A DNA stretch of 61,481 nucleotides, counting the filler, from Dimargaris cristalligena (Eukaryota), in NCBI GenBank assembly GCA_003614675.1. It is 8 parts of 8 records of this genome, joined end to end, with 100 filler letters (N's around TTAATTAATTAA, not from the genome) between each part and the next. Parts side by side here need not be neighbours in the genome. Positions count along the whole stretch, not along the records: positions 30,888 to 38,485 come from ML003401.1; positions 38,586 to 46,174 come from ML003403.1; positions 46,275 to 53,830 come from ML003404.1; 5 more parts are not named here. One strand, 5' to 3'. The position numbers and the translations under genes were made by a program. This document shows, one piece after another, positions 36,901 to 49,648 of this stretch. The notes below the pieces were generated by a model that did no database searches, was not told where the DNA came from, and worked only from the letters and a program-made list of their open reading frames with translations. Numbering within the stretch: the stretch's first letter is position 1; each line of letters begins with the position of its first letter.

Positions 36901-38485
36901 ACACTGTTGTTGAAATAGATTGTGAGCCAGGGCACGGGGGCTATTATGCGAGTTTGTGGCCCAACCTTCTAGCAGCTGTGTACGTTCGGGTAAAGTGAGA
37001 ATCGGTATATCTGTAAGTGGGCTACTGGAGTCCGCGGTAAGCAGGGACGTCAAAGCGGTCATGTAATGATCCGCAAATGAGTTGATGAATTCGGGGCCAA
37101 AATCAAGCGACCGGTAAGTGACTCGCAATTGAAGCAGATCTCCTTGGGTATGGGCAATAACTGCTAGAGGGAGGTCCGTGGGGTCCCAGAAGCTATCAAG
37201 TTCCATTTGGAATGGCAGGTCCGAATTGGCAGGAGCCTCGGGGTAGTTCTCTAGTACTAGAAGGGCGTTGAATAACGGGCGTTCCTGGTCCAGGCCACTC
37301 CAGCGGTGAATATCCGTTAGCCGGCAGTGTTCGAAGCCGTGGGCCTGGGTGCTCGTCGCATATACCGACTGTAAAGTATCCCGGACCGATGGATTGCTGC
37401 TGAGTGCCACTCGGCAGGGGATGGTATTGATGCACGGTCCGATGATATTCTCGACACCTTCCACGGGGACGTTTCGGCCCGAGACCACCACGCCAAATAT
37501 TACATCAGTCGATCCGGTATAACGGTAAAGTACCACCGCCATCGCTACTCGAAGGAGAGTCGAGAGAGTAACCCCCTGGTCGCTGATAAGCCTATTGATC
37601 GGGGCCACAATCGGTCCAGACCGTTCAACGGTTCCGTAAAATGCCGCGTTGCTAGATTGCGAATCGGGGATAGAGACTAAATGATGCGCTTGTATCAATA
37701 GGCTCGGTTCCTCAACTCCAGAGAACTGATGCGTCCAGAATTGTTTAGCCTCACTACTATCTTGGTCCCAAATATGGTCAACGAAATCACGGTAGCTCAC
37801 CGCCCTGGGTAACGGGTCATTTAAATAATTACGGCAGACGCCTTGTAGTAGCAACCCGATGGACCAGCCGTCAACTAAGGCGTGGTGGACTGAGACCAGT
37901 AATTTAAACGATTCAGGGGCCGTCCGGAAAAGGCCAAACCGGATCCAGGGTCGGTCGGGGGTGAACCCAGTAGTCCGCTCTTGTTGGAAGAATTGGTCAC
38001 ACATAGTATCAACATGGTCCTTTTCCCAGCTGCGAATGTGCCAATGGGCATTAAAATTCTTAGACACAACCTGCAGGTTCTTATCAGCGTCACACCCACT
38101 AGCGGTCAGGAAGCGCGTACGAAGGATTGGGTGGTCATGGGCGGCTTGGTCCCACGCCCAATAAAAGCGGCCGACATCTAGATGACCATTGACATTGAAT
38201 CCCAGTTGGACCATGTAAGCGGCCGGGTCCTGGAGGGTGGCAAACAGTAGACCTTCCTGGACTGGTAGGCAGGGGTAGATATCTTCGATGCCAGCCAGAG
38301 TTAGGTCCAGGGTGGGTAGGTCGTCCTGGACCAACTTGTACAAATCGGAGTCGGTTAGTCTGGCAGAGGAAAAGTCGCTAGTTGTTACAATCGAGGGCGC
38401 AGGAATGGTCTTGCATTCGAGAATGAGTTCCTCAAGAGAAGTACGCCACTGGTCGACCACCTTCTGAATTGTACTCGGGCGGTGC
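33910..38485 (-). CDS. Non-ribosomal peptide synthetase, C-terminal part: (E tail)-C-A-T-E/C(terminal); 5' truncated
   Basis: C: HHALVDG. A: YTSGSTGTPKG, FDVS, YGPTE, SGDLARW, QVKLRGFRIELGEIE, GKVDRK. T: FFQLGGNSL. Terminal domain: HHLVFDY, LGHGR, SRTVGFF. No introns over 4.5 kb. Confidence 0.95.
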
Positions 38486-38585
38486 NNNNNNNNNNNNNNN
38501 NNNNNNNNNNNNNNNNNNNNNNNNNNNNNTTAATTAATTAANNNNNNNNNNNNNNNNNNNNNNNNNNNNNNNNNNNNNNNNNNNN
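38486..38585. other. Artificial contig spacer
   Basis: N44-TTAATTAATTAA-N44. Confidence 0.98.
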
Positions 38586-40475
38586 AATGCGTCGATCCCA
38601 GCTGTGGGCGGTCTGGTAGAAGAGCCGTTCAATGACGGTTTCGGCGTAGCGCTCCTTAAAGATATCCTGACCGTCCAAGAACTCCAATTCCGGGTGATTA
38701 TCAATCACGTCCTCCAGAATCACCAAAAAATCATCGGGCTCCAGCCACGACCGGTCCTCCCTCCGCAGGAGATTAAACACCAGGGCGTCCTCGTCGGGAC
38801 TCGAGGTACGAAGGGGTTGCCAGAACCGGGCGAACTGGCGGTGAAGGTTGACCATGGGTTTTTGGCGATGGCTGAGTTGGGACAGGTCATGGTGGGGATT
38901 GGCATCCATGACGGAGGCCTGGGCGCCAAAAACCCGCTGGAACAGGGCCTTGTTAGTGAAGCGGGGCAGACCGCAAATTTCCGTCACCCGCAGGAAATCC
39001 TCGGAAGTAATGCCGAAGTCGTCGGTAAGAGCATATTTGACCTGTTGGACCTGACGGGCCGCCAATACCTGGAGATCAGGGCTCGCGGCCGGTCGACCGC
39101 CCGGGAAATAAAATGGGGGAATCTGACTAGAGGCAGGGGCCGCTGTGTCCTCCCGACTGATGGTGGTGCCCTTCAATGAAGAGGAGGGGGTCGATGCCAA
39201 GAGATCAGCTGAGGCGAAGCGAGGTAGTTTGGTGTGGCGAGGGGTACACGGGGTCCGCGGGCCGCGGGTATCCCGGGTAATACGGGGAGCGGTGGGGGAT
39301 AATTCACCCAGGTCATCGAATTTGCTTTTGGTGGTTTCCCGCACGGGGCTGGACGGTAGCTTTTTCGAGGCATCAAAGAGAGAACGGCAAACGGGACTCT
39401 GCTTGAACTCGGTTTCGGGAGCGGAAGTCAATGGGTGGAGGGGGCTGGACAGTGGCACCGGCTCCTGATCGGTTAGTAATTCATTGAAGTTGCGCTCGCG
39501 ACCGAAACCAGCCGAGACACGAGCGGCAGTGGGGGAATGTTCCGGATCTTGGCCGAGGCCCTGGTAGAGATGGGTGGGCAGGGCCAGGGTGTCCGGATTG
39601 GTGGTAGGGCTCACCCGCGATAGAGGCGAAGAGTATTGGTGGAAGCGATGGATATCATGCTTATCTGTTACGAGGACACATTTAATAGTTAGATGCAGTC
39701 AAGTTGGAAAGCGAGATAGTTAGACGGCCGCTGGTTAATTGGGGGTGGTGCAGTGATGTACCCGTCGGCTCCGAAAGCGAATTCGAGGCCATTCTACCTG
39801 AGCCACAATAAATATATACTATTGCGGACAGTATCCGTGACTCTACGCCAAAATAGGTCATTTACATCCCGGCTAGTCCACTGGGCCGGCGGGATATAAT
39901 TTGACATTAGAGGGCAATGTGCCTATCCATATTCACCAGTGGTATACCGCAATGGTACCCAGGCCCAAAGCAAGGTCCGATCTGGGATAACAAAAGCATG
40001 ACATATTAAAAAAGCCTGGGGCCTACTAACCTGTGGTGATGTGTTTTAATTTTTTGGAACTCAGCACGGGGCTCAACGGCGGGATGGACTTGGGACTAAG
40101 GAGCAGTCGCTGTGGGCTCCGGATAGCGGCCAACGCCGGGCTCTGACGCCGGGCGAAGGGGGAAAATACGGAGAAGGCGGGTTCCTTCGGTGTCCGGGGT
40201 TCCTTGTCCATCGGGAGGGCACCACTGCCTCCTTCTCCGGCCGTATGGGACAGGTCAGCCATGATCCGCTTGTTGCGCACGGCATCGGCCGAGGCGGTGA
40301 ATAGACGCTTCGAGCGTGGTGAAGGGGAGTGGGGGGACCATTTGGGGTTGATGCAAAGTTCATCGGCCTTGATGGGCGAAGCGAACAGGGAGACGGCGGA
40401 CTTGCTGGGGGTGCTGGGCAAACCGACCTTGTTGGGGGTGCGTTCGGGATTGGGGGGATGGCTGGCGGTGGCCAT
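38586..40475 (-). CDS. PP2A regulatory subunit B'' (PR72/PPP2R3-like), 3' truncated; exons 40475-40031 and 39664->38586
   Basis: IPPFYFPGG and ILEDVIDNHPELEFL...FKERYAETVIERLFY match B'' subunits; long S/T-P-rich N-terminus; phase-1 intron GTTAGT...TAACAG. Confidence 0.82.
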
Positions 40476-40789
40476 AGTCAAAGGTTAAAAAACGGCAAGG
40501 CCCAAGAGAAGGGAGGAGGTGTAGTAGAGATGGAGAGAGGAAGAAAAGGAAGGCAAGTGGAGTGAAGCAGGGGATAAAGTAGGCGGAAAGGGTGAGTAGC
40601 AGTGGGAGAGTAAGAGTGGCTGCTACACCGTACTTCGGCTGGGTTGGAATGGAATGGAGAAGGAATCCTCTCCTCCTATAACGGTGGGCGAATAGTAGGT
40701 ATAAAGCGCAGAGGGGTTTAGGGTCGAAAAGGCAACTACTGCTGACGGAGAAACGAGGGGTCGGTGGGGAAGGGGCGACTGTAGAGAGT

Positions 40790-40817
40790 TAGAGAGAGAG
40801 AGAGAGAGAGAGAGAGA
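40790..40817 (+). repeat. (AG)n microsatellite in the PP2A B'' leader
   Basis: About 14 AG units. Confidence 0.8.
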
Positions 40818-41436
40818 TTCGACAACAAACGGGGGAGGTTCAGGCAGGCGCAACAAAAAGATAGTACGAGAAAAAGGGAGTGCGCTTGGCCAGACTTGTG
40901 GATATCTAGTATAGTCTGGCCAAGCAGCGGGGGATGTAATGTGAAGCCATAGTTAGGTAGATTTGGCGTGGTATCTAACCAAACCCCCCCAAATCAAAAT
41001 AGACCCAATTGATCAATTCATTGGCCGCCGCTGTAGCAGGAACACATGCCACATCGGCTATATTATTCCCTTTCAACAACAGCGGAATAGCAACCATGGA
41101 CCCTTTCCTTTAACTCTTCCCCCGTTATTAACCGCCCGTCAAATATAAACAGCCGCCATGATTGGCAGATTCAAATGGTAAACAAACGTCCTGATCGCCC
41201 ATTGGCTAAGCCGCCGCTCCCTCCTTGCTTCCCTCACTTTGATCCAAGTATAGTATTCTACCTAATAGTTAAAGGGTCTGGGGAGTCAATTATCCTGCCC
41301 ATAACTCTCACTCCACTATTTAATCCCGCCTGTATTTAATCCAGCCCCTTAGTCCCCAAATGCTAGATATACACAGTCTGTAATTAAGCTCCCCCGTTTA
41401 CCACGGCCCACTGGTGACGAACAAAATACACCACTA

Positions 41437-41540
41437 TTATAGATTTATATATATATATCTATATATATATATAGATATCTTTATATATAAATAAGTATAT
41501 GGATATAAATTTGTTATAAATATAAAACTATAAAAATATG
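41437..41540. repeat. Imperfect (TA)n low-complexity tract
   Basis: Alternating TA array downstream of the F-box pseudogene. Confidence 0.7.
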
Positions 41541-41570
41541 GGGGGGGAAATCCCGGCAAACAGCATCCAT

Positions 41571-42396
41571 CTAATTAATGCTCATGGTTTCTACCATTGC
41601 CGAAAGGGATAACGCGTCGGCCGCAGCCGTATCCGCCTCGACGCCCAGGGTGGTCAGATAGTGCCGGTCGATCGTAATGACGAAGTCTCCAAGGGCATCG
41701 TTCAATGCAGCCTCAGTATTAAACACCCCGGGCTTAGGACAGTCTACGGCGAAGTCGGCGTAGGTAACACCGGGCCACAATTGTTCGTAAATCGGCATCG
41801 CCTTTGTGTGCATTTCGACAGTGGCGCAGCCTACCATTTTCTACTAAAGTGAACGAATCAAATTGGATCAGTTGGTTGATTTTGGTCGCAGTCTCACCCT
41901 GACCGTAGGCTGCTGCCATTGCCATGCTCAGATAGTGGAAATTGGCAAAGTCTACACCATGCTTCTTCAGCTCGGTCAATAAGGCGATTAGCAGGTCGTC
42001 TTGCTTACGGTAAAGCATACTGCTGCTTATCATGTGGATACCCACCAGTGAGTGTAGCTCGGGAAGGCCAATCCCACATCATATAATTACATTGTTATAA
42101 TTGGCATCCGAGTTTCTTACCGTCTCGCGTGTCGCATGGAGTGAATCATCGACAAAGTTTTTGCTCCCTTTGTTAACTCGGCGCAGCCCCAGCAATTCTT
42201 GGGTGGGTAATGTTTCTAGCATTGCTAACTGAAGTTCGTAGGGCAGACCCAGGAGATTAAACGACTTCTCCGGCTGCGATGTAACCTCATATGAGGGTTC
42301 GGACATTGTAGCTGGAGTAGCCATGGGCCGGCATTGAGATCCGTGTGGCCCAAATAACCTCAGGCCCAGGGCGGTAATGACTCCGATAAATCGCAC
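41571..42396 (-). pseudogene. Signal-peptide plus F-box protein pseudogene (~274 aa reconstructed)
   Basis: F-box LLGLPYELQLAMLETLPTQELLGLRRVNK. GTG in place of ATG, an in-frame TGA at 42079-42081 and a +1 A in the run at 41837-41840 split the gene into three ORF-track pieces. Confidence 0.65.
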
Positions 42397-45300
42397 GGTT
42401 CGTAGGATCGTTGGCCAATAAGCAACAAATTAGACTGGTCCGCAAACGACCAGTAAGTAATTCAATTACAAAGTAAAGGTGATCCTTACGGTTTGAGTAA
42501 ATACAGGTTCAGGAATATCAAAGGAAGGCCTTGATAAGAAATTCTACTAATAAAGAAAGTACGGTTGGTTTGAGGATGCGAAACGATCCTATATAAATAT
42601 GCATGGGCTTCTTTGAGGTCGTATCAGAGAGGAGAGAGCCTGCCATTAAGCTTGCGTATGGCATGAGTTCCCCCCATGGGCTAGTTATATTCCCCGATGG
42701 ACGAACGCTGCGCGCATCGATGGGCTTGGTCATCTATTTCAAAAATACGAGTATCGACACTACACCAACCACATCATATTTCAACGAACTGTGGAACCGA
42801 CCACAGTGCCCTCTTGGACGCTAATATATATCTTACAATTCCCCTCTTTTACACTCAACTTACTATTCCCATAATGCGCGTGTATATTACTTGGCCAATT
42901 TGGACTGAGGAATGGTCATGCCAGCTCTTCATACACAGCCCTTAACTTCTCCAAGTATGCCACCGTGTTCCTTATGGGTAGTCTGAATTCCACAATGACC
43001 AATCGACCGACAGCAAGTGGTTAAAATAATCAAATCACATTTTTTGTTTTCAAATCGACCACTCTGCCCCGTCGCAAGAGATGGCTATAAAACCAAGGCT
43101 ATCATCTCAATATAATGTTATACTTTGGTGTTGAGTCGTACAGCCATAATTAGCCAGTTATATGGTTTTAAAAGTATAAGGGGATATAGTAGGCATAGCC
43201 CCCCTAACAGGGACGAGGTCATTGATTAAAGACATATCCCTTAGTGGTTAGGGGAGGTGACATTTCGGCATACAGTGCTAAATTCCTATTTGGTTTGCTC
43301 TCCTTTCTCCAACCCCACAATTGCTTCACCGGCTTCTTTTGTTTGGGATGAAGCGCTCGAAAGAGACTAGGTCAAGCCCTGGCATTACTTTCGGGCCATA
43401 GATAGATATTGCTGTTGGTAGATCAAAAACCCAGTCGTCTGATCTGTGTTTCATCCGTAGTTCGTCGTTTTTAGTCATTCATCATTCAAGGTATGCCAAT
43501 GTTTTAGTGGCATTGGATACAACCAAACTATCCGCTAATCTGGAGGTATAGCTAGCCAGCCGATCATTAGATATGACAGCTACCATCGGCTTTCCTGTTT
43601 CCCTGCCACCAACTGCCTCATATTGCAACTGGGCCATATCTTTAACTGCCTTTGGCAATGCCCATAATTACCCCACTCTTAATGGGTTTTACTGGTAGCT
43701 ATGTTCGTCCGCTTGGCAGTCCTCGCTTCCCTAGCATTCCAGAAGCAGAACCTTCTCGGCTTGACATTAGACAAACAATTAAACCGGCGCTTTCCTTGTT
43801 TTAGTCTTAGAACATACTCCCCTCCCCTCCTGATTTACTATTATATATATACTTGTGATAGTTCTATTACATGTGTTGGAACAGCTTCATCCATTTAATA
43901 CCCACCACCGCTACTACGCAAACTATACCTACCCCTTTGTGCACTTGTATTACCCTTTCAAAAGGCTACCGTCTAATTTCCTTTGCTATTCCACTAGGGC
44001 TGTGGAATGTTTACCTGACCCTGGCTCTGACCCCGTGTTTCTACACCTATTATATCTGATTATATTACCATTCATCTAACACCTGCTGTATCAACCCATT
44101 AGTAAAATTACATAGTAGTACCCTTAGCTAACATTACCCTATCCAGTCTCCTCCTTCTTGAATCGTTTTAGCTTATGCTGAAATATGTTGCCAGAGTCCT
44201 GCCAAGCTCAGTGTCTCCCTCGTAAGCAGACTAGCACGGATGACCCACTAGATTTAACTTAGTGCTTTCCGGCACTTAATGGATAAATATTCTACGCTTT
44301 TAAATGGCAATCCAAATACCACCACGCTATATTACATGTTGCACATGCGGGCGATTTACTGCAGCTACAAAAGGGACCCGGTCAATCATGAGGGGAAAAA
44401 TTGACGCGATGGTGTTTATAAACCAGTATAACTACATTTAATAACCCTAATATTATCTTTTGCGTGGCTGAATCGACCGTATCATATTTCTCTGTGCGGT
44501 CATATCCAACACTAGCCCTCGTGATACCCAATGGTATTAATGGGACACTGGTAAGTTCCAGGCCAATATTACAAAGAGAAGTAGATAAGTAGAGGTTCAT
44601 CGTAGACGCTGTGAGGGACCCCTCTTCATAATGGTAGGTAGGAGGCGGCGGTCCCTTTCACAGGCCTTCCTACGCAACGGGGCGAATGATGCCCACTGGA
44701 TATACTAGGCCAAAGTAGCCAGTGAATTTGAAGTAAATAAAGTTACAATGAGCAAAATCGGTTACCACTAAATCAGGTGAGCTACAGTGGAACCAAACAG
44801 ACTTCCTTTAGACTCATATCATATGATCCCTTTCCTTTAGCCCTGTATACCCCATTTGCACCGTGTGTGAGAACTAGAAAAATCGGGAAAGCAAAGTGAT
44901 CACTAAACTGGGGAGAGTAATATTCGTGGTGGCACAACAGGTGGGAACCAAGTCGCTAATTAATGGGCAGTTCCGTTCCACCAACGGTGCCTAATATTTA
45001 CTTCGCTAATGTCCCGTGTCAGTAAGTATATTTTATACATCTGCCCAGCTAAGTTATAACAGACTTACCCTTCGATATCGGTAATCCCTTTGAAGGCTAT
45101 GGCCCCAGCCCTATCTCATTAACCATGTAGAGTACCCTGCCAATGCAAATTACATTTAGGGAATCAAGAACCAAATTATTTTACTAATCGACTAATTATT
45201 TTGTACATGAACAACATTCACTAAATAGTAATAAAATCTTTAACCACAAAACCAAAACCAAAAAATGTAAAAATAGAAAATGTGGAGAGTAAGTGTGCAA

Positions 45301-45698
45301 TGGCTACACTAACCAAATATCAAGGCAGGGTTAATCAACCGAAATATTCTATGATAAGGTCCTATGAACAACCGGCGGTTGATCTGATCACCGGTAGAAA
45401 TATAAATATAATAAAACGTCAATAATAGGTGCTATAGAAGAAAGCCAAAAAAAAATATAGGAATACCGCCAAGACTCGATGCGGAAAATCAGTTCAAAAG
45501 TAGAGGGCTACTCCAAACTTCAAGTATCACTCTAAATATTAAAACGAGTAAAATAATATCATAATCAGATGTGGGTATAGATTTGACAAACTTAAATAAG
45601 ACACATGCATATATCAGTATAGTTAGGGCCAAGTCCGAAAAGTGAATAGTGGTAGTAAGAAGGGATAGTATATAGTAAATATACGAGCAAGCGTCAAT

Positions 45699-46174
45699 CT
45701 ACGAGCTCTGCATCACCGAAGCGGAAGACGACGAGTGGATGGATGAGGTAGATAAACTATTCGCAGGGGAAGCGTCTGAACCGGAATAGGGCGGTTCGTC
45801 AACCGAATTAGCTTCACTATTGCTAGCAGAGTTGTCAGCTGAGCTGTTTACCGATAGGAGGGGCAGGGCGGTGGCAGCATTGATGTCAGCACTACTTCTC
45901 AGAATTTCCCTCTCGTCAACAACAGCGACGGTCCGCGAGGTAGGGAATGGCGACAGTGTAGTCGAAAGGGGCGAAGCGCTTACAGAACCGTTCGTAATGT
46001 GGTCCAAGTGAGTGGGTGACACACTGGGGACGGGGACTGGAGCAGTAGTCATAAACGAGGAGGGGGCTTCCGAGATGGCTTTATCGGCCAGAATACTTAA
46101 AAGATCATCGCAATTATCGTTAGCACTATCCACGAGAGTCGTTGTGGACTGAGCCGTCGAAGCCTGGGCTAGGG
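45699..46174 (-). CDS. Ser/Pro-rich 3' end of an unidentified gene (5' truncated)
   Basis: Open frame from the spacer to TAG at 45699; GC-rich, followed by AT-rich 3' UTR-like DNA. Confidence 0.6.
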
Positions 46175-46274
46175 NNNNNNNNNNNNNNNNNNNNNNNNNN
46201 NNNNNNNNNNNNNNNNNNTTAATTAATTAANNNNNNNNNNNNNNNNNNNNNNNNNNNNNNNNNNNNNNNNNNNN
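46175..46274. other. Artificial contig spacer
   Basis: N44-TTAATTAATTAA-N44. Confidence 0.98.
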
Positions 46275-47156
46275 TGATGTAGAGTACAGGGTGTGGTAAT
46301 AAAGTGAAAGCATTCTATTTTTCTGTTAAAAATTGAGCCTTATTTTATAACTATATGGAAGACACTTAAAAAATCCCAGCACTTCCTACAGAGAGCACAC
46401 CTGTACCATAAGTTGAAATAAAGGATCAGAGGGGAGTGTACTCCCCGGATCTGTTGCTCGTACTGCCTAATTTGTGTAGTAGCACCACTATGCCCCCCAG
46501 CCCGACTTTGAGCTACTACGGTGACACCTAAACTTACATCCAGTTATTCCCCTCGGCACTCGTGAGCCAATCAGGCTCCCCATTCGCTAAAAAATATAAT
46601 TAGAGTGAGTGCAACATCCAATTTACGGAAATACTACTGCGGTCGTTGTATAAATTATTGACCCAGCACTTTGACTTATTCTACTTATGCCATTAGGAAG
46701 GGGAGGAGAGGGGGAAGCTGGCATTACTTAATACATGGAAATACACAAAGTACCTTCCGCGATTGCACCAAGTAGTGCCTCCGTTGTACAGTTGGTTAGA
46801 CAGTAGGATTCTTTGGGGCAGTTGGATTTCGGGGGAGGAGTATAGAGTAATAGCGGTATGTATGTTCATTAATCGCCCCCCCCCCCTTATATTTGTTGAC
46901 CGGCCAGTAATACGGTAAATGATGTCCACCGCAAATTGTAAGGCTATATAAAGCCATTGGTGGCTCTTACCCCTTGCTAATCCATAGTTATATTCCAACC
47001 CGCTTTCCGGTCCCCACTATCCAACCCCACTGCCATTCTAAGTTTTGTCCGGTTATAGCCGCCTATTTTGGTTTTAATTTTATTCCAGTGCCCTTCTAAA
47101 GCCCCTCATTACTTCAATCCCTCACCAGCCGATCGTACGGGTCGTCGTTAACCAAC

Positions 47157-48888
47157 ATGAAAATCACTATCACAATTTTAGCCCTTGCAACTAGCGTATT
47201 TTTGGCCACGGGCGCCACAATTGCCTCACCCACCGAGGTGGGCATTCCGTCAAAAGAAGTGGCTACTGAAGAAGGGTTTGTTACCGAACCAGAAACTTTG
47301 GAAGCACCTCCGTACGAAACGGAGAATATATCCGTAGATATGAAATGGGCTGATTTGAGAAAACACCTCCGTGAGTCGGGGGGCATCGTCAGCCAAAATG
47401 CGCGTGAGGCTTGGAAACTTAAGGTAAGTGTGTCACTATATACACCATCGCCTATCATGACTCCTCCCCCCCTTCTAAAAATATATTAGAGCAAGCGTCG
47501 AGGGTATACTAAGAATAGGAGGGATCTCAATTGAGACTGGTGGCGACATCATCGCTGTCATTTAGCTTAGACGTTATCTTAACTCGGCTAATTTACCCAA
47601 TCCTTTTTATTGCTGCCATCTCCACCGATTATAGGTATCCGCAAACTACCCCTTCTACAGTATTAACGGACCGTTTGAAGGTACCAACGATATGTACTTC
47701 AACCAGGGTACTTGGAACACTATTGCCCCCACTTGGTTTAGCTTGGCCGGCCTGGAATCCTTGGACACCCAGCTTATGCAGATACAAATTGCGTTGGCCA
47801 GATGGTACAACGAAGGTCTCCAGAGTCAAGCTGCGGGGAACTACGTCATTAGTCGGGAACTGTTCGACCGTATCCGGAAATACGATGATTTTCTCCAACT
47901 TAACGGTGACAGTCCTTTCTTGACGGACAACCGCCGGGTGGCTATTAATATGGCCCGGTTGAGCTTGGCCGAACTCCAAGTGGAGTTTCCACTGGTCGCG
48001 GCGAGTAGTCCCGAGTATCTCGCGGCGCTCTGGAAAACCGCTGTCTATGGCGAAGTGGTAACGTTCGACCACCCCGTTAAGATGGGGGATGGCTCGGGTG
48101 GCCATTTGGCGCTGGGCATGGCGGCCGATTACCTTTCCTTGAACCGGTTGCTTCCCTTTACGGCCAGTCGGATCATTATAGCGGGTCTATGGCACCTTTA
48201 CCAGCAACCAGCCCCGTACCGGTATACCGCTATTCTGGCCTTTTTCCAAAGTGCGACCAAGTATCTGGTTCGGACCCTGCCCCTATTAAAAACCGGCGAC
48301 GCTATCGCGGCCCTGCGCAATACGGTTTATATTGTGCTGACGCTGGCTACCATCCACCGGGACTCGATGATGGTCAACGGAATTCGCCGATTATTGGGAA
48401 CAGTCATGTTTGCCACGAGACAAGGTCGGGTGCGGTTTATGACCCGGGAGTCGTTCCTGGCTACCCTTAAAAAACGGCGCATGAAGCGGGCCGTGGCGCA
48501 GCTGCCTATCGTGTGGCCTGAGAGTACCGTCGATACAAACTCCGGAGAGGAGGGAGCTCAGCCCGACCAACCACTGTCCTGGGCCACTGACTTTGTGTTC
48601 CACGTCATCTTTCGACTGACGAACGACGGCGACTTGATTCAGGCCGTTCCGTCCCACTGGATTAGCACCCCGGGATTGATTGAGCGTGCGGAGCATACCT
48701 TTAGTACCGGTGGGGAGTTTACCCCTTACCAATTACAGGACGCCTTAGCCGCCCGTAAGCAAAGAATGGCCTCGAATCCGACCGAAACCGGTACGGGCAA
48801 ACCAACCGGTATGGACCCCGGCCTGGATAAATTGAAAACTAAACTCAGAGTGGGCAACGTGAAACGTAGCGGTATCGTCGGTCATTAA
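47157..48888 (+). CDS. Secreted orphan protein (~506 aa); exons 47157-47423 and 47635-48888
   Basis: Signal peptide MKITITILALATSVFLATGATIA|SP; phase-0 intron AAG|GTAAGT...TATAG joins the 398-aa ORF in frame; helical body with no recognisable domain. Confidence 0.75.
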
Positions 48889-49648
48889 TATGGTTTAAGT
48901 TTCTGTAAGCGGGATTGATTTGGCCAAAATAGCTAAGATGTGTCTTTGAACTTATCATTACATAGGACATTTTTTCAAACGCCGGCTCTGTGACATGATA
49001 CCCGAGTAGAGTCCTTCCCTTTTAGATATTTCGCAACCTTAAAGCCTTTCAATCGATGACTTGTTCTCGCTCTCAGCATTTGTCGACTATTTTGTACTCA
49101 TACCCTCCGACAGTACTTCGTTCAGCCAAGCCATTATTATACACCGACCCACCGGCAATTTACCCGCCATTACAGCCTCTACTATGATATAAGGATCATT
49201 TTCCTAATTTAATTTACCATTTCATTCAATTTGAAGGTCATGCCAATTTCCCCCCTCTCTTTGAAATAAGGTGCATGCCCCACTTGGTTACGACAGTAAA
49301 TCCTTCAATTGGTAGCAAATAATGACTATAAGCGAGCGAAAGGGCAACGTTCCTAAACTGAAACGCATGGACACATTTTTCCTTTGAATTACTATATAAG
49401 CGATAAGTTTGGCACGAAATGGTAATTTCGACGGGTGGTTAATATAGGGTTAGAATCGCTAAAATAATACACTAAAACGACCCTACCTTATAGGATCCCC
49501 TATTTATAAAATGCGGTGGATAAATAATTTGAATTGCATAGTAGACGTCAATCTGCTATCGATAGTCATATAGACAGGTTATATGTGGTGGGCAGTTTGC
49601 CAGACGGACCACGTGCAAGAATCCCGCAGAAGCCCCCTATGAAAAACT

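Noticed and set aside
42079-42081. In-frame TGA as selenocysteine or readthrough
   Set aside because: The same gene also has a GTG start and a frameshift, there is no redox motif, and no SECIS was recognised. Pseudogenisation is simpler.
43500-44100. Hydrophobic short ORFs resembling a decayed membrane receptor
   Set aside because: The fragments are in different frames with no diagnostic motif; T/C-rich composition explains the hydrophobicity.
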